The translations under genes and the position numbers were made by a program. 32,000 nt of DNA, taken from positions 2,250,001 through 2,282,000 of the forward strand of contig JALDRA010000001.1 in assembly GCA_031316235.1 (NCBI GenBank), in the 5' to 3' direction. This DNA is from Candidatus Scalindua sp. Lineage in GTDB: Bacteria > Planctomycetota > Brocadiia > Brocadiales > Scalinduaceae. This document shows positions 15,193-24,600 of this stretch, piece after piece (position 1 is the stretch's first letter; every line of letters starts with the position of its first letter). Under the pieces are notes generated by a model. That model worked only from the letters and a program-made list of their open reading frames with translations, was not told where the DNA came from and ran no database searches.

Positions 15193-15208
15193 TTTTAGTA
15201 TTTAACCA

Positions 15209-15946
15209 TTACACTTCCTCTTTTTTTCTTAAGATCAATATAATAGTAATTAACTCACTGTCTTCAGTGAACAGCTTTATTAGGTTCGCGTTTATAGTAT
15301 AAGGATACTGAGTATTTGAAAAATAAACAAGAAAATCGCTTATCTTCTCCTGCGTATTCTTTATTGTATCTAAGCAGTCTGATAGATTCATGTCTGCCAG
15401 AAACGCAAGGAGATCCAAGTTTTCCTTTTCTGTTTCACGGATAGTTAAAAAGTCTCTGGCCGCTTGATTTATATGTTTAACTTTCCATTGTTTGTCTGCA
15501 ACGACCACGCCTTCTGTTAAATGAGGGATGAGAGCATCTAATACCACGGAATTCTTTTTTTGGGCAGTTCCTTTTTTTGTGCGAATTAATGCCTTCACCC
15601 TTGCCAGGAGCTCTGCTTTATTAAAGGGTTTGCTGATAAAATCGTCCGCACCCGCGTCAATACCCTTAATGCGATCATCCATCTCGCGTAAAGAGGTAAT
15701 CAACACAATCGGCAGGTTACTGGTTTTCTCGTCTGCGCGCAATTTTTCGCATACTTCATATCCCGTAAGCTTTGGCATCATAATGTCCAGCAAGATTAAA
15801 TCCGGATTCTCTGTTTTTACCTTTTCCAGCGCTTCTTCACCATCATAGGCCTCAACGACGTCATATTCGGATGCGGTCAGAATTACGCGCAATAATTTTA
15901 CATTCTGTTTAACATCGTCAGCAACTAATATTTTTGCTTTACCCAT
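15209..15946 (-). CDS. Response regulator: receiver domain plus C-terminal PAS-like domain, no DNA-binding domain
   Basis: ILVADD...DLILLDIMMP...ITS...KP receiver motifs. The C-terminal ~110 aa (LTEGVVVADKQWKVKHINQAARDFL...) look PAS-like. Confidence 0.8.
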   Translation of the reverse strand: MGKAKILVADDVKQNVKLLRVILTASEYDVVEAYDGEEALEKVKTENPDLILLDIMMPKLTGYEVCEKLRADEKTSNLPIVLITSLREMDDRIKGIDAGADDFISKPFNKAELLARVKALIRTKKGTAQKKNSVVLDALIPHLTEGVVVADKQWKVKHINQAARDFLTIRETEKENLDLLAFLADMNLSDCLDTIKNTQEKISDFLVYFSNTQYPYTINANLIKLFTEDSELITIILILRKKEEV

Positions 15947-15953
15947 ATCTCTT

Positions 15954-16328
15954 TCAAGTTTTCCTTAAATACTGTTCCATGATGTTTATCAACTCATGGG
16001 TATCGATAGGTTTGCTGATATAGCCGTTACACCCGGAAGATAATATTTTCTGCTCATCACCCTTCATAGCAAAAGCAGTTACGGCTATGATGGGGATATC
16101 ATTTGTATTTGCATCTTCCTTAATTTGTTTAGCAAGTGTAATGCCGTCAATACCGGGCAGTTGGATATCCATAAGAATAATATCTGGTTTTTGTTTCTTT
16201 AACGCACTTATGGCCTCCTCACCGGTAGTTGCCTCAATCACATTGTAGCCTTTTGATTTGAGTATTACCCGCATTAATTTTCTGTTCTTCTCGTTATCTT
16301 CAACTACCATTACATTCTTATCGGACAT
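15954..16328 (-). CDS. Single-domain CheY-like response regulator
   Basis: A 124-aa protein with VMVVEDN...DIILMDIQLPGIDG...VTA...GYISKP and nothing beyond the receiver domain. Confidence 0.85.
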   Translation of the reverse strand: MSDKNVMVVEDNEKNRKLMRVILKSKGYNVIEATTGEEAISALKKQKPDIILMDIQLPGIDGITLAKQIKEDANTNDIPIIAVTAFAMKGDEQKILSSGCNGYISKPIDTHELINIMEQYLRKT

Positions 16329-16365
16329 ATAATTTTCCTTTGCTCATTATTGATCTGATTTAGTA

Positions 16366-18783
16366 TTATTTTTCATGTAATTTTTCGATATTCTGAATTT
16401 CCCTGAGAAGCTCTTCCTTCGTATGACTTCCCTTTTGTACAATTGCCATAATATTACCATTCAATACTTTTTTGTCTTCTTCGGTAATATCCTTAGAGGA
16501 ACAGATAACAATAGGAATATTCTTTGTTTTTTGATGTTTTCTGAGGTTTTCCACAACATCAAAACCGCTGATATCCGGCATCATCAGATCAAGTATGATC
16601 ATATCTGGATTATTATTTATGGCAAGCTCGATTCCTGCTTTACCTCCATACGCCGTAAGTACCCGAAACCCTGCATTCTCAAGAATGGCCCTGATGTATT
16701 TCACGGCCTCTTCGTCATCATCTACAACCAATATTTCCATTGGTTTATCCTTTGTGCTTAGATTTGATGTGATAATTTCTACCGTGTTGATGAGTATTTT
16801 CCTGTCAACTGGTTTCATCAGGTAGCTGGCTGCACCCAAACTATACCCGAGATTCTTATTATCAACAATCGACACAATAATGACCGGAATATCCGCTGTC
16901 TCCGGAAAATTCTTAAGCTTTGAAAGAACTTCCCACCCGTCTACCTTCGGCAGCATGATATCAAGAGTAATCAAAAATGGTTTAAATTCCTTTGCCTTTT
17001 TGATAGCTTCTTTGCCATCCACTGCAACAATTACATTATAACCTTCATTTGTCAAATATACGGCAAGAAGATCAGCGGCCATACGGTTGTCCTCCACTAC
17101 CAGAATGGTCTTCACATCATTTCCAGCCAGCTTGTGCTGTCTGGCTTCATTCACCTTTGGCTTTGGAATACGAAAGGTAGCCTTTAGCGGTAACGTAAAA
17201 CAAAAGGTACTTCCCTTTTCATATTCACTTTTGAACCAGATCTTCCCACCATGCATTTCTACAATCCTTTTTGTCAAAGCGAGTCCCAACCCGGTTCCCT
17301 GGTATTTTCGTGAAAAGGAGTTATCCGCCTGCCAGAATTCTTTGAATACCTTCTCCTGATCTTCAGGTTTCATCCCTATTCCCGAGTCCGTTACCGAAAC
17401 CTGTAACGTATCGTCTATAATGCTCGCCTTTGTGATAATATTACCATTTTCTGAAGTGAACTTTATGGCATTTGAGAGCAGATTATAAAGAACCTGTTTA
17501 AATTTAACCCTGTCTGCCTCAATGTCTTTTGTCTCCGGATGTATTTCTGTCTGTAAGTGTAAATGCTTTTTATCAGCAAGCCCCTGTATTATATGGTACA
17601 CATCTTGAATAGCATCAGTCACAGAAAATACCTCATGTTGAAGAACCATTTTCCCTGCCTCAATTTTAGATAAATCGAGGATATCGTTTATCATTTGCAA
17701 AAGATGATAGCCGCTACTGTGAATATCTTTTACAAAATCCAACTGTTCTTCGTTGAGATCACCGCAAATCTTGTCCCTGAGTACCTCTGCAAAACCAATG
17801 ATTGCATTGAGTGGAGTACGCAACTCATGAGACATGTTAGCCAGAAACTCTGATTTCAGTTTATTGGCACGTTTCAGGGCTATGTTCGCCTCCTGTAAAT
17901 GAGCGGTTTTCTCGGCAATTCGCTGTTCTAATAATGAATAAGAAGAGCGTAATTTACTGGACATGTCGTTAAAGGCCCTGCCGAGTCGTCCGACTTCATC
18001 ATTAGATGAAATATCAACCTTTGTCGAAAGATCTCCGGTTTTTGTTACAATCGCTGCAGCCGCCGTTAGTTTTTCAATGGGCCTCATGAGTTTGCCTGTG
18101 ATAAAGAAAATAATCACCACAATCAGCAGGATACTGACAACGCCAACAATGAGAAAAAAAATAATATCAGATGCAAACCGTTGCTCAGCTATTTCTTTTG
18201 GAATAATAACACTCAAAGCTCCCTTGATTTCCCCCAGCTTATAATCATATCCCGCACTGTAATTTTTCTGTATAACCTCCGGAGCCTTTTCTTTCGGTCC
18301 ATGACAGAGAAGGCATTCCTCTTTTACATATAAAGCGTACATATAACGTTCTACCCTGTTCCCCTCTATAATGTCATCTGACCAGTATTCCACAAGGCTG
18401 GAATCTGCTTCCATTTTCTTAAGCATTTCTTCCTCAAAGGCGTCTGGTTTATTTTCCTCATTTCGGTAACGCAAACTTGTCTGTTTAATAATATAGCCGG
18501 TCCTCTCAGCAAACTTTTTGCTGATAGCATTCGTAGCAATGGCCGGGACAAAATGTTTTGTCCTGTCATTAATTTCAATGTTTTGAGAGTGTATAACGGA
18601 TGCAAGGTAATTCCTCGAAGTTTCCAATTCTATGACCAACATCCGTGCCTTCTCCTGGATTTCCTTGATGAATTCCTGGTGTGTTCGTTTATAAACCAAG
18701 AAAGCTACTATGCCGTTCAAAGTAACGAGTAACGCAGCCAATAAAATTACTAATTTATGTCTTATCTTCATACTTCTTCTCAA
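16366..18783 (-). CDS. Hybrid sensor histidine kinase: TM, DUF3365/Tll0287-like extracytoplasmic domain with a CxxCH heme-c motif, TM, HAMP, HisKA, HATPase_c, two receiver domains
   Basis: ECLLCHGPKEKAPEV lies between two TM helices. HAMP (DEVGRLGRAFNDM), the H-box SHELRTPLN, DSGIGM/GTGLGL, then two REC domains (ILVVEDN...LDIMLP; ILVVDDD...LDLMMP). An alternative start is Met5 (18771). Confidence 0.85.
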   Translation of the reverse strand: MRRSMKIRHKLVILLAALLVTLNGIVAFLVYKRTHQEFIKEIQEKARMLVIELETSRNYLASVIHSQNIEINDRTKHFVPAIATNAISKKFAERTGYIIKQTSLRYRNEENKPDAFEEEMLKKMEADSSLVEYWSDDIIEGNRVERYMYALYVKEECLLCHGPKEKAPEVIQKNYSAGYDYKLGEIKGALSVIIPKEIAEQRFASDIIFFLIVGVVSILLIVVIIFFITGKLMRPIEKLTAAAAIVTKTGDLSTKVDISSNDEVGRLGRAFNDMSSKLRSSYSLLEQRIAEKTAHLQEANIALKRANKLKSEFLANMSHELRTPLNAIIGFAEVLRDKICGDLNEEQLDFVKDIHSSGYHLLQMINDILDLSKIEAGKMVLQHEVFSVTDAIQDVYHIIQGLADKKHLHLQTEIHPETKDIEADRVKFKQVLYNLLSNAIKFTSENGNIITKASIIDDTLQVSVTDSGIGMKPEDQEKVFKEFWQADNSFSRKYQGTGLGLALTKRIVEMHGGKIWFKSEYEKGSTFCFTLPLKATFRIPKPKVNEARQHKLAGNDVKTILVVEDNRMAADLLAVYLTNEGYNVIVAVDGKEAIKKAKEFKPFLITLDIMLPKVDGWEVLSKLKNFPETADIPVIIVSIVDNKNLGYSLGAASYLMKPVDRKILINTVEIITSNLSTKDKPMEILVVDDDEEAVKYIRAILENAGFRVLTAYGGKAGIELAINNNPDMIILDLMMPDISGFDVVENLRKHQKTKNIPIVICSSKDITEEDKKVLNGNIMAIVQKGSHTKEELLREIQNIEKLHEK

Positions 18784-21097
18784 CAGTAATAGCCCCTAAC
18801 GGGCAACATTTTTCAAACCCTGGCTGGACATCCCATTCAGATGTTTTTTCAGCAATAATCTTTGCCTTATCCGCAACCACTTCCATAGCACCTTCAGAAT
18901 TCGCGACGCATATTCCACAGCCGACACATTTCGCTTCATCTACGTTCACCGTAACAGGTTTATCACCACCCGTTATAGTTGCCTGATCAAGATAGTGAAA
19001 GTGTTCTTTCCCGGGAATTTCATCGGTATATTCTGACGTACGCCTTTTTAATTGCTGTCGGCCTTTTCGGTTATAAATAAAAATTGAGCGTCCACATTGA
19101 TTACAGATATGTAGTTGCTGCAGCTTATCAAGATAATCAATCACCGTCTGGACTACCGTTGCATGGCTCCATGTTAAAGGAGAAACAGAAACAGGCTCGC
19201 CCGTATATGGATCAATCTGCTCTGCGAGCACGCCTGAAGGTAACGCCCGTGATACTGCCCACTTGAGATGTTGCACCACACATTCGAGGTCTTTTGTAGA
19301 TTTCGCTATCAATGATTGATATTGTGCCAACCACATTGTACAGATTATCCACGGGTTGCCCGGCATCGATTCATCATTACTTACACGCTGATATGGATCA
19401 CGCTCGTATCTGGCTATTCCTCCTATGTTAGTTTTAACCCACAGGCTTTCCTCAATCGACCTCATCGTGTTTTTTACTTTAATATCATCCGGATGGTAAA
19501 CACCAAAGGCAAACATCCCATATAAGCTGGCATCAACGGTTGCGTCAATTTCATATCCTCCGTCTTTTTTGGGATAAATCATCCGCACAAACCTCTTGTG
19601 TTTTTCACTATAAAGATATTTACCAATAGCGTTTCTCATTTGTGCGGCAGTCTGTCTGTACAATCTGGCCTTTTCAGTATGACAAAATATTTCAGAAAGT
19701 TTCGCTGCGGCTATCAGGCCGCCATATACGGCCGCCGTTGTAAACGACAAGACCCCGCGCCTCTCCTCCCATAAGTCATAGGAAGGAAGGGGAAGACCCG
19801 TCTGTTCGTCACGATAACTTACAAGAAAATCTGCGGCCTTTTCTATGAAAGTGTGATAGAGTGATCGTATTACTTCAATATTTCTATATATGTCATAGTA
19901 TTGACCGATAGCCCAGAGGACCAGGGCCGTCTCATCCTCCTGAATCGGTATATGGATATCCTCTCCAATTACCCATGGATGCCATGAACTGCCGAAAGAA
20001 CCGTCAGGATTATATTTATGCAATAAAAATCCGTCTTCAGCCATGACACTTGCACAGAAATTGTAAGGTGTAATTACCCGTGAGCAGAAATCAAAAAAAT
20101 TTCTGCACTGTGTTGTATAACCCGCCTTCATCAGTGCATAGCTTACCAATGCCCCGTCGCGAGGCCACATATAACTGTAGGTATCCCTTGCGTATTGGCT
20201 GATATCGGTGTCATTTGCGGCAATGATTGCTCCTCCTCTATCAATCTGTGTCGCAATGACGAGTAAGCTCCGTTTAAAAAGAGCCACTACTTCGAGAGGC
20301 AAATTACCAAAGTTGAATTCCTCTTTATTCACCCAATGCCACCAATAACTCGCCGTTCTGTCAATAATTGCCTGAGGTTTCTCGCTTAAAATGAGGTTAT
20401 TCAGGTCGTTAACATCTCCATAATTATTACCAGCAGCAATCCAATAATACGCAAGAGACTCCCCTAAGGGTGAAATTTTCATGGGAATTCCTATTATAGA
20501 ATCCACAGAACCTTGAGCAATGGGGTTTCCTCCAAGAATACCATCTTCGGCATCACGCCAGGTACCTTCTGCTCCGTGAAGCTTCTTTACTCCCGTTGCG
20601 TATTGACGAACACCCCAAAAATCTTCAGTAGAACAATTAACAAGAAAATACCTGGAGCCTTTGTAGTGGATAAGACTATTTTGCTTGGCGTCATAAAAAA
20701 CCGTATCACCAATATCATTTTCAAGGACACTCAAATCCAGATGAAAGAAAAGCCGAACTTCTCTTTCCTCGTTTTTCATATTGCTCACTAATATCTTACG
20801 CAGATAGATATTTTTCTCAAAATCTACAACGTCGTTGCAGGTCAATTTGATCTGCAGGGATTCGTTTATCGCTTGCACGGAAGTGACAAGGGTTTCCTTC
20901 TGATATTCAAGTGTTAATTTCCAATCGTTTGCGTTAATCCATGAAAATCCTTTCGATGTCCACACACCGAATCTACTCGGATTTCCCATGGAGTGATTCT
21001 CCTTCCCGACATAAGGATAGTATATATCACGGATAGTATAGTTTGCGTCGAAAGTTACTAATAAAGACCCGTTTCCTATGGGAATATCTCTTGGCAC
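18755..21097 (-). CDS. Glycoside hydrolase family 15 (glucoamylase/glucodextranase-like) fused to a C-terminal CxxC segment and a single-cluster [4Fe-4S] ferredoxin domain
   Basis: The N-terminus IGNGSLLVTFDANYTIRDIYYPYVG and the (alpha/alpha)6-type core (SYMWPRDGA, LWEER, TWSHA) fit GH15. The last 119 aa (18755-19114) contain CNQCG and CVGCGICV...CCPLGAI. Confidence 0.75.
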   Translation of the reverse strand: MPRDIPIGNGSLLVTFDANYTIRDIYYPYVGKENHSMGNPSRFGVWTSKGFSWINANDWKLTLEYQKETLVTSVQAINESLQIKLTCNDVVDFEKNIYLRKILVSNMKNEEREVRLFFHLDLSVLENDIGDTVFYDAKQNSLIHYKGSRYFLVNCSTEDFWGVRQYATGVKKLHGAEGTWRDAEDGILGGNPIAQGSVDSIIGIPMKISPLGESLAYYWIAAGNNYGDVNDLNNLILSEKPQAIIDRTASYWWHWVNKEEFNFGNLPLEVVALFKRSLLVIATQIDRGGAIIAANDTDISQYARDTYSYMWPRDGALVSYALMKAGYTTQCRNFFDFCSRVITPYNFCASVMAEDGFLLHKYNPDGSFGSSWHPWVIGEDIHIPIQEDETALVLWAIGQYYDIYRNIEVIRSLYHTFIEKAADFLVSYRDEQTGLPLPSYDLWEERRGVLSFTTAAVYGGLIAAAKLSEIFCHTEKARLYRQTAAQMRNAIGKYLYSEKHKRFVRMIYPKKDGGYEIDATVDASLYGMFAFGVYHPDDIKVKNTMRSIEESLWVKTNIGGIARYERDPYQRVSNDESMPGNPWIICTMWLAQYQSLIAKSTKDLECVVQHLKWAVSRALPSGVLAEQIDPYTGEPVSVSPLTWSHATVVQTVIDYLDKLQQLHICNQCGRSIFIYNRKGRQQLKRRTSEYTDEIPGKEHFHYLDQATITGGDKPVTVNVDEAKCVGCGICVANSEGAMEVVADKAKIIAEKTSEWDVQPGFEKCCPLGAITVEKKYEDKT

Positions 21098-21465
21098 AGT
21101 TGTTTTATTTTAACAAAAAATTGGAATTAAACCGTGTTCCTATTTATGAATGTCACTGATACTTCTCAATTTTATGTACGAGTGAACGAAGGCCCATGGA
21201 CGATTTAAAGAATCACTTCAACAACCTCCCCATGTAGTCTTCTTTCAAGCACTTGGATTGATAGTTAACTGGAGAAAATTATAAGACGTATATACGATAT
21301 ATTAAATAGTAATTTGCGTCAATAAGAAACGCTCATTAAATTCAAATAGAGGGAAGAATCGGTGGATTGGAAGACTGATTTTCCACATGGCTGCATATTT
21401 GTTAACAAGTTAGATAAACTCGGATAGTGTAATTATGAAAAATTTTCTTGGGTGCTGCTTCTTCA

Positions 21466-21521
21466 CATTGAGTACATACCCATGCAGGGATAGAGTCCCG
21501 GGAAATATGGTAGCCATTCCT
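21466..21521 (-). pseudogene. Fragment of an MqsA-like zinc-finger antitoxin gene (near-identical to 9002-9056)
   Basis: 56 nt match the antitoxin gene at 9002-9056/57 with one mismatch (hand alignment). The minus strand reads NGYHISRDSIPAWVCTQC. The fragment is truncated by R1 copy 3 on one side and diverges on the other. Confidence 0.6.
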
Positions 21522-21522
21522 T

Positions 21523-21586
21523 AATAATGCTATATTCTTTCTTATGCCAAGAAAGCAATTTCACGTAGGGCAGGCATTGCGTGCCA
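21523..21586 (+). repeat. Repeat family R1, copy 3
   Basis: AATAATGCTATATTCTTTCTTATGCCAAGAAAGCAATTTCAC-GTAG-GGCAGGCATTGCGTGCC, with one stem mismatch. Confidence 0.7.
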
Positions 21587-21593
21587 AGAAAAA

Positions 21594-21642
21594 CTGCAAC
21601 CGATCTGGTTTTTAGAAAAATCCAAAACCAGATCGGTTGCAG
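21594..21642 (-). terminator. Rho-independent terminator of pyc (19-bp perfect stem)
   Basis: CTGCAACCGATCTGGTTTT (21594-21612) pairs with AAAACCAGATCGGTTGCAG (21624-21642). On the minus strand the hairpin starts 22 nt after the pyc stop and is followed by TTTTTCTT. The arm resembles the AAAACCAAATCGG hairpin of repeat R2. Confidence 0.7.
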
Positions 21643-21664
21643 TATATCATCATTACATACCGCA

Positions 21665-24600
21665 TTATCTGTACACAGCAAGCAGATCTCCGGTCTCGAC
21701 ACAATCTCTTGGCTTAACCAGAACCTGGCTGATTTCTCCGTCGCATTCGGCGTAAATGGTGGCCTCCATCTTCATCGCCTCCATAATCAAAAGCGCATCA
21801 TTCTTTACGACCTTATCACCGGCGGCAACTTTTACTTTGACTATCATACCCGGCATGGGAGCGCCAACATGTTTGTTATTTCCTTCCTCTACCCGGGGGC
21901 GCCTGGTTATTGAAGACGCAACTTTACGGTTGGCAATTACAACTTCACGCGGTTGCCCGTTCAGTTCAAAAAATACCGTACAGTTTCCGTCCTCATTGGC
22001 CGGACTGATTGCCACCAGTTTGAGAATCAGGGTTTTTCCTTCTTCAATATCAATGAAAACTTCCTCATGCATAGGCAGGCCATAAAAGAACACATCTGTA
22101 GGAATGATAGAGACATCATCATACTTCCTCTTGTGCGCTGCATATTCGAGAAATACTGCAGGGTACATTACATACGACATGAGTTCTTCGTTTGTAATAG
22201 TTCTCAGGATACGGGCCTCAACTTTTTCTTTCACCTCTTCAAGGTTTACGGGCGGCAGATTAGAGCCCGGTCTTTCGGTAAATGCAGGCGCTCCCCGTAA
22301 AATTTTATACTGGACTTCTTTCGGAAAACCTCCGGTCGGCTGGCCAAGACGGCCCTCAAAAAATTCAACAACTGAGGTGGGAAATGAAATATCCCTCTCT
22401 CCGCTGAGAATATCCTGAGCCTTCATATTATTGGTAACCAGAAACAGTGTCATATCTCCTACTACTTTTGAAGAAGGGGTTACTTTTACAATATCACCAA
22501 AAATCTGATTGACGTCAGCATAGACATCCGTAATTTCACGCCACCGGTGTGACAGCCCCATGGAGTGTGCCTGCTGGAAAAGATTGGTAAACTGTCCTCC
22601 GGGTATTTCATGATGATATACCTCCGCAGTGCTTGCCTTCTGAACGGATTCAAATGGCGTGTAATACTCTCTGACCACTTCCCAGTAATCCGAGAGCAGT
22701 CCCAGGGCCTTGAAGTCCATGCCTGTGCTGTGGTCATGAAAACGAAGCATCTCTACCAATGTGTTCAAATTGGGCTGTGATGTTAGCCCGGAGAAGGGGC
22801 CCATCGCCGCATCCACAATATCCACACCTGCTTCCGCAGCCTTTATCAGGGTTGCGATTTGACCGCCTGAGGTATCATGCGTATGTAAATGTATGGGAAT
22901 ATTTATTTCCGACTTCAAGGCACAAACAAGTTCATAAGCAGCGTATGGTTTCAGCAGCCCCGCCATATCTTTTATTGCCAGTATATGAGCACCCAGTTCT
23001 TCTAATTCTTTTGCCATTTTCACATAATAACCAAGGTTGAACTTGGTACGCTTCGGGTCTAATATATCACCGGTATAGCATATTGCCGCTTCACACAAAA
23101 CACCGGTTTCCAGAACAGCATCGATCGCCACCTTCATATTTTCAACCCAGTTAAGCGAATCGAAGACACGAAATACGTCTATACCGCTTTCGGCAGCCTG
23201 TTTGATAAACTCCTTTACAACATTATCGGGATAGTTTGTATATCCTACGCCGTTCGATGCCCTGAGCAGCATTTGAAAAAGTATATTGGGAGCAAGCCTG
23301 CGCATGGAACGCAAACGATCCCAGGGACACTCCGTAAGAAACCTCATGGCAGTATCAAAGGTTGCCCCTCCCCACATTTCAAGAGAGAAAAAATCGGCAT
23401 GGTTTCTGGAATATACCTCAGAAATTTTCAGCATATCTATGGTTCTCATGCGGGTTGCAAGCAATGACTGATGTGCATCGCGAAACGTCGTATCCGTCAG
23501 CAACAGTCTTTTTTCGTCACGAATATAACGGGCAAATTTTGCCGGCCCCATTTCAAGCAACAGATCACGGGTTCCTCTGGGCCTGGATATTTTATGGTCA
23601 AAAGGAGGTACCGGCGCGGTGCGGCGGCATATTGATTTGGGTATTTCCCTGATGAGAGAGTGGCCATTGACAAGAACGTTTCCGAGAAAACGCATGATTA
23701 GGGTAGCACGGTCTCTGCGTCGGGGAAAACAGAAAAGGTTCTGATTTTCATCAATAAAAATTGTAGTGCACTTTCCTTCCAGGATATCCTTATGATTGAC
23801 AAGATTTATCAGAAAGGGAATATTGGTCTTTACACCGCGGATCCTGAATTCATCCAGAGCCCTGTCCATGCGGCTGACTGCGTCCTCAAAACAAATACCA
23901 AATGCCGTGACCTTCACAAGCAGCGAATCGTAAAAAGGGGTAACAATAGCTCCGGAAAAAGCGGTTCCCGCATCAAGACGGATACCCATGCCCCCGGCAG
24001 AACGATAATGCTGAATACGCCCATAGTCGGGAATAAACTTATTGGCCGGGTCTTCAGTGGTAATTCTGCATTGGAGGGCAGCTCCCCTGATCTGGATTGA
24101 CTTTTGGTCAGGTATGCGGATCTCCGGAGAGTGAAGAGGGTACCCTTCACTGATTAATATCTGTCTTTTGACAAGATCGATCCCGGTTATCGCCTCTGTG
24201 ACGGTGTGTTCAACCTGAATTCTCGGGTTGATTTCAATAAAATAAAATTTATCAGTTTCTGTGTCGAGAAGGAATTCTACCGTACCGGCATTATCATAAT
24301 TTACCGATTTACATATTCTTACCGCAGTGTCACAGATATTCTGCCTGATACCTGCATCAAGATTCTGTGCAGGTGCAATCTCGACAACTTTCTGATGACG
24401 TCTTTGGAGAGAGCAGTCACGCTCATAAAGGTGCACAATATTATGGTGTTTGTCCCCGAGAATCTGCACCTCGATATGGCGCGCCTTTTCAATGTATTTT
24501 TCGATGAAACATTCATCGGAACCAAAGGCTGTCATGGACTCGCGCTGGGCCTCATTGAGGCGGCTGATTAATTCCGTCTCGCTGCGAACTACGCGCATTC

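Noticed and set aside
16423-18605. Plus- and minus-strand ORFs (76-112 aa) inside the hybrid kinase gene, and 15528-15848 inside the response-regulator gene.
   Set aside because: They are shadow ORFs of confidently identified two-component genes.
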